From positions 741 through 64,740 of the forward strand of contig JAYQRG010000003.1 in assembly GCA_038146245.1 (NCBI GenBank): 64,000 nucleotides of DNA. Direction: 5' to 3'. The notes beneath the pieces are model-generated. The model was not told the origin of the DNA. It saw only the letters and a list, made by a program, of their open reading frames with translations, and searched no databases. The DNA is from Pelagibacteraceae bacterium (lineage in GTDB: Bacteria; Pseudomonadota; Alphaproteobacteria; Pelagibacterales; Pelagibacteraceae). A program made the translations under genes and the position numbers. Each line of letters starts with the position of its first letter. The stretch's first letter is position 1. This document shows, one piece after another, positions 1 to 9,111 of the stretch.

Positions 1-102
1 TTTAGAATTTCTTTTTTTGCTAAATATATTTAAATTTTTTAAATTAGATCCTCGACCTGATATAAATACTGCAACCCTTTTTTTAGAATTTAATTTTACC
101 AC
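1..102 (-). CDS. purN: phosphoribosylglycinamide formyltransferase PurN, N-terminal fragment (runs off left edge)
   Basis: Reverse-strand translation from GTG 102-100 gives MVKLNSKKRVAVFISGRGSNLKNLNIFSKKRNSK. VAVFISGRGSNL is the PurN N-terminal signature. It lies directly downstream of purM and overlaps it by 20 nt. An in-frame stop at 105-103 leaves GTG as the only start. Confidence 0.8.
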   Translation of the reverse strand, partial: MVKLNSKKRVAVFISGRGSNLKNLNIFSKKRNSK

Positions 103-1120
103 TTAAAATAATTTTTTTTCCAGATTTACGTATAACGCTTCCAATTACATATGGTTTATTTGTTTTTCCAAAACTTAGAATTATTTTTTGGATATTTCTT
201 TTTGGTGCGATAACGCAAAAACCAACTCCACAATTAAAAGTTTTTAACATTTCATTTTGATTAACATTGCTATTATGAATAAAACTAAAAATTCTATGCG
301 GTTTAATCTTATCCAGATTTAATTTGATGGATAATTTTTCTGGTAAAATCCTAGGAAGATTTTCAATGAGTCCACCACCAGTAATATGACATGCTGCATT
401 TATAAGTTTTTTTTTATGCAAATTTAAAATTTCATTCACATAAATTTTAGTAGGAGTAATTAATTGTCTTAATATTTTTTTATTATTAATTAACTTTTTT
501 TTCTTTAATAAGTACCTTACCAATGAAAATCCATTGGAATGAACGCCTGATGAAGGTATCGCAATCAATGCATCTCCGTCTTTAACTTTAGAACCATCTA
601 AAATTTTTTTTCTATCTACGATCCCAACAGCAAAACCAGCTAGATCAAATTTATCATTTTCATAAATACCTGGCATTTCCGCAGTCTCTCCACCTGCAAG
701 GTAACAAGAGGATTCTTTACAGCCTTTAGCAATACCTTTAAGGATATTTTTATATTTTTCATTAGTTACTTTGCCAATTGCTATATAATCTAAAAATACT
801 ATTGGTTTTGCTCCTTGAACAATTAAATCATTCACGCACATTGCAACCAAATCTATTCCTATAGTGTCAAATTTTTTTAATTTATTTGCGATTTCTAATT
901 TGGTACCTACACCATCCGTAGAAGTCACCAATATTGGGTTTTTGATTTTTTCCTTACTCAGATCATATAAAGAACCAAATCCTCCGATATTCCTAAAACC
1001 TTTTACATTAGATCCCTTAATCTTAGTTTTTTTAGAAAGTTTAGATATAAAATGGACTAATTTATTTGTATTATTTGTATCTACTCCACTTTTTTTATAT
1101 GTGATTGTAGTTTTATGCAC
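83..1120 (-). CDS. purM: phosphoribosylformylglycinamidine cyclo-ligase (AIR synthetase) PurM
   Basis: 345 aa with PurM-type motifs: YKKSGVD, IGGFGSLYDL, LVTSTDGVGTKLEIA, HITGGGLIENLPR. GTG start. Confidence 0.95.
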   Translation of the reverse strand: MHKTTITYKKSGVDTNNTNKLVHFISKLSKKTKIKGSNVKGFRNIGGFGSLYDLSKEKIKNPILVTSTDGVGTKLEIANKLKKFDTIGIDLVAMCVNDLIVQGAKPIVFLDYIAIGKVTNEKYKNILKGIAKGCKESSCYLAGGETAEMPGIYENDKFDLAGFAVGIVDRKKILDGSKVKDGDALIAIPSSGVHSNGFSLVRYLLKKKKLINNKKILRQLITPTKIYVNEILNLHKKKLINAACHITGGGLIENLPRILPEKLSIKLNLDKIKPHRIFSFIHNSNVNQNEMLKTFNCGVGFCVIAPKRNIQKIILSFGKTNKPYVIGSVIRKSGKKIILSGKIKF

Positions 1121-2173
1121 GTGATAAAAAATATAATATTTAAAAATTATTTACTAATTACAGTTACTTTTTTATTTTTAATTATAAACAATAATATTTG
1201 TTATCCAAATATTTATACTGTTGATAATTTCGAATACATAGCAAAATATAGTGATATTAAAAAAAATCGACAGACTATTCTAGAAAAAATAAAAAAGGCA
1301 TCTTTTTCTAAGTTGTTAAAAAAAATTCTTTTAAAAGATGATTTTTCAAGAATTAAAATTGATAATAATTATTCTGAATATATTAAATCTTTTTCCATTC
1401 AAGATGAAATAAAAAAAAATAATGATTATTTATTTTCTAGCAAAACCGTTTTTGAACCTAATAAAATTAAACAATTTTTAGAATCTAAAAATTTAAGATA
1501 TGTAGATTATCAAAGTAGACCAATATTATTATTGTTTGTTACAAAAAAAGACAAAATCAATATACTCAATGAAGAGGATGACATTGTAAAAGAATGGAAT
1601 AAAAAAAAAGAAGAAAACCTCACAACTTTTGCTTATCCGTCAAACGATTTAAAAGATATAGAAATATTAAAAGAGATTGATTTTAAATATTATGAATTAG
1701 CAGATATTGAAAAATTAACTAGAAATTATGGTCTTTCTAGTTATTTATTAGTCTTTATCGATTACGATAAAAAAAATGATAACGTGTTTATCAAATTTAG
1801 CTCTAATCAAATTAAATTCTTAAAAAAATATAATCTAGATAGCAAAATTAGCGATACTTCGTATTTATCTCTTTTTACAAAAATAAAAGATGATGTGGAT
1901 TTTGCATGGAAAGAACTACAAATTCTCTCTCCTAAGAAAAAAAATATTTATACTTTCGTTTACCAAGTAAAAAATTTAGAAGATTTATTAGATTTTAAAA
2001 ATATAATTAAAAATTTTAAAGATACTAATAATGTTAGAGACATTATGGTTTCTTCTAAATATTATAGGGGTGAAATTGTTTTTAATGGAAGCGAAGAATC
2101 TCTAGTTTCAGAATTTAATAAAGTTAAATTAAATGTTCAAAAATCTGAAAATTTATGGCTGATAAAAAAATAA
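1115..2173 (+). CDS. hypothetical exported protein, possibly DUF2066-like
   Basis: 352-aa ORF with a hydrophobic N-terminal signal/anchor (YLLITVTFLFLIINNNICY). It sits between purM and hda, where DUF2066 proteins occur in other proteobacteria. The family name rests on synteny only. Confidence 0.4.
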   Translation: MHVIKNIIFKNYLLITVTFLFLIINNNICYPNIYTVDNFEYIAKYSDIKKNRQTILEKIKKASFSKLLKKILLKDDFSRIKIDNNYSEYIKSFSIQDEIKKNNDYLFSSKTVFEPNKIKQFLESKNLRYVDYQSRPILLLFVTKKDKINILNEEDDIVKEWNKKKEENLTTFAYPSNDLKDIEILKEIDFKYYELADIEKLTRNYGLSSYLLVFIDYDKKNDNVFIKFSSNQIKFLKKYNLDSKISDTSYLSLFTKIKDDVDFAWKELQILSPKKKNIYTFVYQVKNLEDLLDFKNIIKNFKDTNNVRDIMVSSKYYRGEIVFNGSEESLVSEFNKVKLNVQKSENLWLIKK

Positions 2174-2823
2174 AACAGCAAACTATTTTAAAATTTGAAA
2201 ACTACCCTTCATTTAAAGACTCCGATTATTTTGTTAGCGAATGTAATAGGCAAGCTTACGATAATTTATTTAAATGGCCCAAATGGGATAGTAAATTAAT
2301 AAACTTAGTTGGTCCTAAAGGATCTGGCAAATCACACTTGTTAGAAATTTTTTCAATAAAAAATAATTTTCTTAAAGTTAACTCTTTAGCTGAAATAAAA
2401 AAAAAATTAGAAACAATTATTAAATATGACAAATTAATTATAGACGACATTGATCAAATAGATGAAAAAGTTTTTTTTTCGATTCTAGATAATTATATCT
2501 CTAATAATAAATTTTTAATTATATCTACAATTGATTCATTATTAACTTATAAATTTAAATTAGCAGATCTAAAATCTAGAATAACATTATTCCACAAATA
2601 TGAAATTTACCAACCAAATGATAAAATGATTTATTTTTTAATACAAAAATTTTTATCAGATCGTCAAATTAAAATAAAAAAAGATTTAATAACTCATATT
2701 ATAAAAAAGATAGACAGATCTTATAATAGAATTATGAAATTTATTGATCAAATCGATCGTCAAAGTTTATCAAATAATAAAAAAATAGACTATAAATTAA
2801 TCAATAATATTTTAGATAATTAA
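2155..2823 (+). CDS. hdaA: DnaA regulatory inactivator Hda/HdaA (DnaA-related AAA+ protein)
   Basis: 222 aa. Walker A LVGPKGSGKSHLLE, Walker B-like LIIDDID, and an N-terminal QTILKF resembling the QxxLxF beta-clamp-binding motif. Size typical of Hda. Confidence 0.8.
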   Translation: MADKKIKQQTILKFENYPSFKDSDYFVSECNRQAYDNLFKWPKWDSKLINLVGPKGSGKSHLLEIFSIKNNFLKVNSLAEIKKKLETIIKYDKLIIDDIDQIDEKVFFSILDNYISNNKFLIISTIDSLLTYKFKLADLKSRITLFHKYEIYQPNDKMIYFLIQKFLSDRQIKIKKDLITHIIKKIDRSYNRIMKFIDQIDRQSLSNNKKIDYKLINNILDN

Positions 2824-3864
2824 TTTTAGTTTAGAAATTTGACCTTTAAGAAAAAATTCGAAAGGTTTGTAAAAAATTTTGTATCTCCATCCATATTTTT
2901 TTTTTTGATCATGCAAGTATTCCGAAAAGTCCACTTTGGTAGCAATAAGCTCTTCACATATATTAAATTTTTTCGATATTAAAAATCTAAAAAATTCAAG
3001 CGATTTTAATTTAATTTGATTTATATTATTTTTTATAAATTTTATTTTTCTTAATTCTCGAAATATTTTTAAAAAAGCTGACTTTTCTTTTTTGGATAAA
3101 ACTTTACTCTCATTTAGTAAATGGTTATTACTATTTTTAATTAATTTAATAATACTTTCATCACTTAGCACCCAATTTTTTGGAAGATTATTTTTTTTGG
3201 CAATATTGCTTCTTATTTTTAAAAGATGCTCAAATATATTTGAGGTGTATAATTTATAATTTAATTCTTTTTTAAGTTTATTATTTATAAAATTTTCATG
3301 ATAATTTTTTTTTAAGTAATTTGACATTTCCTCGAAATAGATTTTTATTTTTTTTTGTTTTTTTAAATTAGTACTTTGATAATCGTGTATTTTTTTTAAA
3401 AATTTAACATCATTTTTAAGATAGTTTAAAACTTTTTTAGTTAAAGGTCTTAAAGTCCAATCATAATTCTGTATTTCTTTATTAATTTTTTTTTTGCATA
3501 TTTTTCTTACAAGGTCTTTATAAGAAATATTGTATTGATAATTTAGGAAATTTGCAGCTATTTGAGTATCAAATAGATTATTTATTTTTAAATTATAATT
3601 TTTTAAAATTTCTAAATCTTGTAATGATCCATGCATTATTTTTAATTTTTTTTTGTTAAGTAAAATTTTTTCTAGAGCTGCAATTGATTTTGGATTTTTA
3701 ATAACATCAAATATCCAGTAACTATCACCATCATAAATTGAAATATATGATAGTATTCCGAAATAAGTATTTTTCCTGTGGAATTCTGTATCTAAATATA
3801 TTTTTTTTTTATTTTGTATTTTTTTTAAAAAGTTTTTTAATTTATTTTCAGTATTTATTATCAC
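2812..3864 (-). CDS. rnd: ribonuclease D
   Basis: 350 aa. DEDD exonuclease motif IYLDTEF, MHGSLQDLEIL, YLKNDVKFL, and an HRDC-like region (IAKKNNLPKNWVLSDESI). Confidence 0.85.
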   Translation of the reverse strand: MIINTENKLKNFLKKIQNKKKIYLDTEFHRKNTYFGILSYISIYDGDSYWIFDVIKNPKSIAALEKILLNKKKLKIMHGSLQDLEILKNYNLKINNLFDTQIAANFLNYQYNISYKDLVRKICKKKINKEIQNYDWTLRPLTKKVLNYLKNDVKFLKKIHDYQSTNLKKQKKIKIYFEEMSNYLKKNYHENFINNKLKKELNYKLYTSNIFEHLLKIRSNIAKKNNLPKNWVLSDESIIKLIKNSNNHLLNESKVLSKKEKSAFLKIFRELRKIKFIKNNINQIKLKSLEFFRFLISKKFNICEELIATKVDFSEYLHDQKKKYGWRYKIFYKPFEFFLKGQISKLKLII

Positions 3865-3910
3865 TATTAAATTCTTGTTTTTAAAAAAATTATCTATATC
3901 TACTTTTTTA

Positions 3911-5698
3911 ATGAATATCTATAGAACTAATACCTGCGGAGATCTTGATCTAATTAATAAAGATCAAAAAGCCACTTTAAGTGGTTGGATTCATAAAAAA
4001 AGAGATCATGGAAATTTATTATTTATTGATTTGAGAGACCATTATGGAATTACACAATGTGTTATTGATAAAAGTACAAGTTTTTTTACTACGATTGAAA
4101 AACTACCTTTAGAGACTGTAGTAAAATTATCAGGCAAAGTAGCTGCTAGATCTGAGGATACAATTAACAAAGAGATTAAAACTGGAAAAATTGAATTAGT
4201 AATCGAAAATTTTGAAGTTTTAAGTGAATGTCAAGAATTACCAATGCCAATTTTTAGTGATCAAGATTATGCGGAGGATATTAGACTTAAATATCGTTAT
4301 TTAGATCTTCGTAGAAAAAAAATTCATCAAAACATAATCCTAAGATCAAAGGTAATTTCCTACATAAGGTCGGAAATGCTTAACCATGGTTTTTTGGAAT
4401 ATCAAACTCCAATTTTAACCTCTTCAAGCCCAGAAGGAGCAAGAGATTTTTTAGTTCCTAGCAGATTAAATCCAGGAAAATTTTATGCGCTGCCACAGGC
4501 GCCACAGCAATTTAAACAATTAATCATGGTTGCGGGTTTTGATAAGTATTTTCAGATTGCTCCGTGCTTTAGAGATGAAGATGCAAGGGCAGATAGAAGC
4601 CCAGGTGAATTTTATCAATTAGATATAGAAATGTCTTTTGTTACTCAAGAAGATGTATTTTTAGTTTTAGAAGATTTATTGTCTAAGGTTTTTTCAAAGT
4701 TTTCTAATAAACAAATAGCTAATAAAAAATTTCCAAGAATTACTTACCAAGATTCCTTATTAAAATATGGAACTGATAAACCTGATTTAAGAAATCCATT
4801 AATTATAAATGATATAACTGAAATTTTTAAAAGAGATGATGTTAAGTTTGAAATTTTTAAAAAACTAGTTGCTAAAGGTAATATCGTAAGATGTATAATT
4901 ACTAAGAATACAATTACCAAACCCAGAAGTTTTTTTGACACGATTGACAAATGGGCTAGAGAAGAGGGTGCATCGGGTCTTGCCTATTTTTCATTTGATA
5001 AAGAAGAAAATCAAATAATAGGAAAAGGCACAATCGGCAAACTTTTTTCAAAAGAGGCAATAAAACAAATTATGGAAATTACAGGGGCTAATTTGAACGA
5101 TAGTATTTTCTTGTCTTGCGGAAAAAAAGAAGATGTGGAAAAAATATTATCATTAGCAAGAAATAAAATAGCAGATGATTTAAACTTAACTAATCACAAT
5201 CAATTTTCTTTTTGTTGGATTATTGATTATCCTATGTATGAAGTTGATGAAAAAACAAAAAAAATTCAATTTAGTCATAACCCCTTTTCAATGCCTCAAG
5301 GGGATTCAAAAAATTTAGATTGGTCTAATCCTCTTAATATCAAAGCGTATCAATATGATATTGTTTGCAACGGAATTGAGCTATCTTCAGGCGCTATTAG
5401 AAACCATAAACCAGAACTAATGTATAAACTTTTTGAAGTGGCTGGATATTCTAAAAAAGATGTTGATAGTAAATTTTCAGGGATGATTAATGCATTTAAA
5501 TTTGGTGCACCTCCCCACGGAGGTATTGCTCCAGGAATTGATAGGATTGTAATGTTATTAGCTGATGAAAAAAATATTCGAGAAGTAACTATGTTTCCTA
5601 TGAATCAAGGAGCTCAAGATTTAATGATGAATGCACCTAGCGAAGTAGAAGAAAAAAATTTAAAAGAGCTTAATATTAAAATAATTAAAAAAGATTAA
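3911..5698 (+). CDS. aspS: aspartate--tRNA ligase
   Basis: Class IIb motifs FYALPQAPQQFKQL, APCFRDEDARADRSPGEFYQLDIEMSF, GAPPHGGIAPGIDR. Start moved to ATG 3911 (MNIYRTNTCGDL, the usual AspRS N terminus) from the TTG at 3875 in the track. Confidence 0.95.
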   Translation: MNIYRTNTCGDLDLINKDQKATLSGWIHKKRDHGNLLFIDLRDHYGITQCVIDKSTSFFTTIEKLPLETVVKLSGKVAARSEDTINKEIKTGKIELVIENFEVLSECQELPMPIFSDQDYAEDIRLKYRYLDLRRKKIHQNIILRSKVISYIRSEMLNHGFLEYQTPILTSSSPEGARDFLVPSRLNPGKFYALPQAPQQFKQLIMVAGFDKYFQIAPCFRDEDARADRSPGEFYQLDIEMSFVTQEDVFLVLEDLLSKVFSKFSNKQIANKKFPRITYQDSLLKYGTDKPDLRNPLIINDITEIFKRDDVKFEIFKKLVAKGNIVRCIITKNTITKPRSFFDTIDKWAREEGASGLAYFSFDKEENQIIGKGTIGKLFSKEAIKQIMEITGANLNDSIFLSCGKKEDVEKILSLARNKIADDLNLTNHNQFSFCWIIDYPMYEVDEKTKKIQFSHNPFSMPQGDSKNLDWSNPLNIKAYQYDIVCNGIELSSGAIRNHKPELMYKLFEVAGYSKKDVDSKFSGMINAFKFGAPPHGGIAPGIDRIVMLLADEKNIREVTMFPMNQGAQDLMMNAPSEVEEKNLKELNIKIIKKD

Positions 5699-6529
5699 TT
5701 AGTTACTTTTACTTTTTATATTTAATCTAACATTTGTCAGATCAACCAATTTATCTTTATATTGATTTCTAAGAAAACCTTTACTTGTGATGTTTTTTAT
5801 TACATCTAAAAATTTAGCACTATCAGGATTATCTTCTACATTCATATTTTCAGTTTTTTTAATAGAAGGGGTATGTGCCAAATCTTCTCTACCCAAGTAG
5901 GAAATGGCTAATTCTCTAAAAATATAATCCAAGATTGAAGTAGCGCTCATAATTCTATCGTTACCGGATACTTTTCCAGAAGGTTCAAACTTGGTATCTA
6001 TAAATGCAGCAACATATTCATCTAAAGGTACACCGTATTGAAGACCCAAAGAAATAGCGATTGCAAAATTATTCATTAAAGCTCTTACAAGTTCACCCTC
6101 TTTGTTAGTGTCAATAAATATTTCTCCAACCTTACCATCATCATATTCCCCAATGTGTAAATAAACTTTATGCTCGCCAACCGTTGCCTTTTGAATATAA
6201 CCCTTTCTTCTATCCGGCATCCTTTTTCGGTTATTTGTTGGTTTGTTATGAATAAAATGATTTAAATTGTTTTCTATTTTCTCGTTTTTTTTATCTAAAA
6301 GATTATTGTTAATAATTTCATTGTTTACATTATTTAAACTTTCATTTTCTTTTTGATTAATATCTTTAAGAGCTCTAGTTTTTCTTTTGTTAAATTTGAT
6401 ATCAATTAGTTCAAATTTTCCATCATTTCTCTTGTCTAAATTTTTTAATGTCTCGTTAGTAATTTCGTTTAACTCGTGTGTTATTTTGAATAAACAATTG
6501 TAGAAACTTTCACTTATATATTTGCTCAT
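5699..6529 (-). CDS. stand-alone TSCPD-type domain protein (homologue of the C-terminal domain of class II ribonucleotide reductase NrdJ)
   Basis: The core [79 protein letters not shown]...[13 protein letters not shown] matches, from memory, the extreme C terminus of alphaproteobacterial NrdJ. It is flanked by an N/K/E-rich N-terminal region. Confidence 0.7.
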   Translation of the reverse strand: MSKYISESFYNCLFKITHELNEITNETLKNLDKRNDGKFELIDIKFNKRKTRALKDINQKENESLNNVNNEIINNNLLDKKNEKIENNLNHFIHNKPTNNRKRMPDRRKGYIQKATVGEHKVYLHIGEYDDGKVGEIFIDTNKEGELVRALMNNFAIAISLGLQYGVPLDEYVAAFIDTKFEPSGKVSGNDRIMSATSILDYIFRELAISYLGREDLAHTPSIKKTENMNVEDNPDSAKFLDVIKNITSKGFLRNQYKDKLVDLTNVRLNIKSKSN

Positions 6530-6622
6530 AATTTTTATTAAAGAATCATTAAGATTAAATAGTTTTTTAGGTTACTGTTTGCTATAAGTCTAATAAAAAA
6601 AAAACAACTTTAAATTGTGTTT

Positions 6623-6979
6623 ATGAATTTTTTTAAAATTATTTTTTCTTGGTGGAACAGTCAAACTTTTGGAACTTTTCTTAATACACTTTTTTTGGGA
6701 GAGAAAGTGGGCCAAGACGAATTCGGCAATACTTATTATAAAAATAAAAAAGATAGCAAAAGATGGGTCATTTATAACGGAGAAGTAGACGCATCAAAAA
6801 TACCACCCGAATGGCATGCTTGGATTCATAAATTAATTAAAGTTATTCCAAGTAGTAGTAAATTTAATAATTTTGCCTGGCAGAAAAGTCACCAACAAAA
6901 TTTTACTGGAACCAAAAAAGCTTATTTACCTAAAAATCAAAAAAAAGCCCTTTATAAAAAATGGCATCCAGAATCCTAA
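6623..6979 (+). CDS. NDUFA12-family protein (complex I accessory subunit B17.2-like)
   Basis: WWNSQTFGT...GQDEFGNTYY...RWVIYNGEVDASKIPPEWHAWIH is the NDUFA12 family pattern. ATG 6623 preferred; alternative GTG at 6617. Confidence 0.85.
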   Translation: MNFFKIIFSWWNSQTFGTFLNTLFLGEKVGQDEFGNTYYKNKKDSKRWVIYNGEVDASKIPPEWHAWIHKLIKVIPSSSKFNNFAWQKSHQQNFTGTKKAYLPKNQKKALYKKWHPES

Positions 6980-7347
6980 TTATCTTCTCTTTACTTTTTT
7001 TTTATACCAAATTTGTTAATGCTAATGATTACGTCAAGGTACTTGAAGCTAATAAAAATTTTATTGAAATTCGTCTGCTAGATAAAATTACTTCTAAAAT
7101 TGAAACTTATAATATCCCTATAAAAAAAATAGAAAAAGTTAGAGATTTTAATGTGTTTGTTGATAAATGTGTAATTGATACTAGGAGAGGTTTTAAAGAG
7201 TATTTAGCTTACATCCAGATAGAAGATAGGCAAAACAAAACTAAAGATCGAGTTTATTTATTTAATGGCTGGATGTTTGCATCAAACCCTTCAACTACAC
7301 CTTTTGAGCATCCAAATTATGATTTTTGGATTAAAAAATGCAACTAA
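6961..7347 (+). CDS. DUF2155-like exported protein
   Basis: 128 aa with signal peptide MASRILIIFSLLFFYTKFVNA. Directly follows the NDUFA12-like gene (19-nt overlap), a conserved alphaproteobacterial pairing. LDKITSKIETY resembles the family core. Confidence 0.55.
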   Translation: MASRILIIFSLLFFYTKFVNANDYVKVLEANKNFIEIRLLDKITSKIETYNIPIKKIEKVRDFNVFVDKCVIDTRRGFKEYLAYIQIEDRQNKTKDRVYLFNGWMFASNPSTTPFEHPNYDFWIKKCN

Positions 7348-7350
7348 TAA

Positions 7351-8691
7351 TTAATTAAGAATATTAGACTTTGCAAGCCAGTTCACATCATAATTACAAT
7401 TTATAAAATCTTCATGATTTAAAATCTTTTGATGCAATCCAATTGTTGTATCTACACCTGAAATTACAAATTCACTTAATGCTCTTTTTTGTCTTGTAAT
7501 TGCTGAAGTTCTATCTTTTCCGTGACAAATTAATTTAGCAATCATGCTATCATAGTAGGGTTGTACCTTACACCCTTGAAATATAGCTGAATCTACTCTT
7601 GTACCTGGACCCTGAGGAATGTGACAAACTTCTATAGTTCCAGCGCTTGGTTGGAAATTTTTTTTAAAATTTTCTGCATTAATTCTACATTCTATTGCAT
7701 GACCAGTAAATCTAACTTGTTCTTGTTCTAATTCTAAATGATTGGTAGATGCTATTTCTATTTGCCTTTTAATTAAATCCACATTAGTGACCATCTCACT
7801 TACTGGATGCTCTACTTGAATTCTAGTGTTCATTTCTAGGAAAAAAAACTGTCCATTTTCATAAATAAACTCTAAAGTTCCCGCACCTTTATATCCTAGT
7901 TTTTCAAGTCCTTTAGTTGACACATCAAAAAGATATTTTCTTTTTTGCGCATCTAAAACTGGACTTGGAGACTCTTCTATTAATTTTTGATGCCTTCTTT
8001 GGACTGTGCAGTCCCTTTCTCCTAAATGAAGTACTTTTTTTCCATCAGATAATATTTGTACTTCAATATGCCTTGGTTTTTGGAAATATTTTTCAATAAA
8101 CACCTCATCATTATTAAAAAATTTTTTAGCCTCGGATTTTGCTTCAATAATATTTTTTTCTAAATCATTACCTTCATAGACTATTTTCATGCCTTTACCA
8201 CCACCTCCACCCGCAGCTTTAATAAGAACTGGATAACCAATTTCGTCTGATATTTTTTTTGCATCTTCTAGATTGCTTATTCCTTTTTCGGATCCTTGAA
8301 TGACTGGAAAACCTATAGATTTTGCAATTTTTTTTGCTTCTATTTTGTCTCCCATCTTTTTTATTAAGTCTGAGGTAGGGCCGATAAAATTTATAGAATG
8401 TTTTTCTAATATTTTAGCAAATTCATAATTTTCTGATAAAAAACCATAACCAGGATGAATAGCATCTGAACCTGTGATTTCATATGCTGATAATAAATTT
8501 GGCACGTTCAGATAACTATCACTTGCTCGAGGAGGACCAATACAAACACTTTCATCTGCAAGTTGCACGTGCATAGCATCTTTATCTGCAGTGGAATGAA
8601 CAGCTACGCTTTTGATATTTAATTCTTTACAAGCACGTATAATTCTTACAGCAATCTCACCGCGATTAGCGATTAGTATTTTTTTTATCAT
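7351..8691 (-). CDS. accC: acetyl-CoA carboxylase biotin carboxylase subunit
   Basis: 446 aa. KILIANRGEIAVRIIRA, GGGGKGM, EMNTRIQVEHPVSE. Confidence 0.97.
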   Translation of the reverse strand: MIKKILIANRGEIAVRIIRACKELNIKSVAVHSTADKDAMHVQLADESVCIGPPRASDSYLNVPNLLSAYEITGSDAIHPGYGFLSENYEFAKILEKHSINFIGPTSDLIKKMGDKIEAKKIAKSIGFPVIQGSEKGISNLEDAKKISDEIGYPVLIKAAGGGGGKGMKIVYEGNDLEKNIIEAKSEAKKFFNNDEVFIEKYFQKPRHIEVQILSDGKKVLHLGERDCTVQRRHQKLIEESPSPVLDAQKRKYLFDVSTKGLEKLGYKGAGTLEFIYENGQFFFLEMNTRIQVEHPVSEMVTNVDLIKRQIEIASTNHLELEQEQVRFTGHAIECRINAENFKKNFQPSAGTIEVCHIPQGPGTRVDSAIFQGCKVQPYYDSMIAKLICHGKDRTSAITRQKRALSEFVISGVDTTIGLHQKILNHEDFINCNYDVNWLAKSNILN

Positions 8692-8694
8692 TAA

Positions 8695-9111
8695 TTAAAT
8701 AATTTTTACGAGTAACTGGTCGAATTCTATAGCTTCACCATCTTTGACACAAATTTCAAGAACCTCACCATCTAATTCTGATTGAATATGATTCATCGTT
8801 TTCATAGCTTCAATGATTAATAAAGTATCTCCTTTTTTTACTTTTTTACCTTTTGAGGCAAATGGTTTTGCACCAGGTTCTGGTGCTAGATAAGCAGTTC
8901 CAACCATCGGGCTTTTAACTGCTGTATAATTTTCTTGAACAATAGCTTTTGTTTTTTCAGTTTTTGTTTGAATTGGAGTAGATGATATGACTCCTTTAGC
9001 TCCTTTACCGACTTTAATATTAGTTTTTCCATCCGAGTAACTTAATTCGGTTAGATTTAATTCATCTAAAATCTTTACAAGCTCTTTTATTTTATCTTTA
9101 TCAATTTTCAT
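8695..9111 (-). CDS. accB: acetyl-CoA carboxylase biotin carboxyl carrier protein
   Basis: 138 aa with biotinylation motif IIEAMKTMN. Upstream of accC. Confidence 0.95.
   Translation of the reverse strand: MKIDKDKIKELVKILDELNLTELSYSDGKTNIKVGKGAKGVISSTPIQTKTEKTKAIVQENYTAVKSPMVGTAYLAPEPGAKPFASKGKKVKKGDTLLIIEAMKTMNHIQSELDGEVLEICVKDGEAIEFDQLLVKII

Noticed and set aside
864-1124. 86-aa plus-strand ORF inside purM. Same class as the short ORFs at 2256-2450, 4744-4950, 7917-8099, 10169-10399, 11103-11369, 17990-18193, 28274-28471, 28554-28766, 35661-35867, 36781-36978, 41308-41526, 42346-42531, 43049-43234, 47881-48063, 53548-53763 and 61985-62191.
   Set aside because: All lie antisense to, or out of frame within, confidently identified conserved genes. 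They have no recognisable motifs and odd composition (Cys/Pro/Ser/Phe-rich, unlike the K/N/I-rich real proteins). They are best explained as shadow ORFs.
3875-3910. TTG-initiated extension of aspS, and the analogous ATG 9544 extension of thiS.
   Set aside because: Homologous AspRS and ThiS N termini begin at the downstream ATGs (3911 and 9571). The extensions would consume the whole divergent spacer or overlap the neighbour's start.
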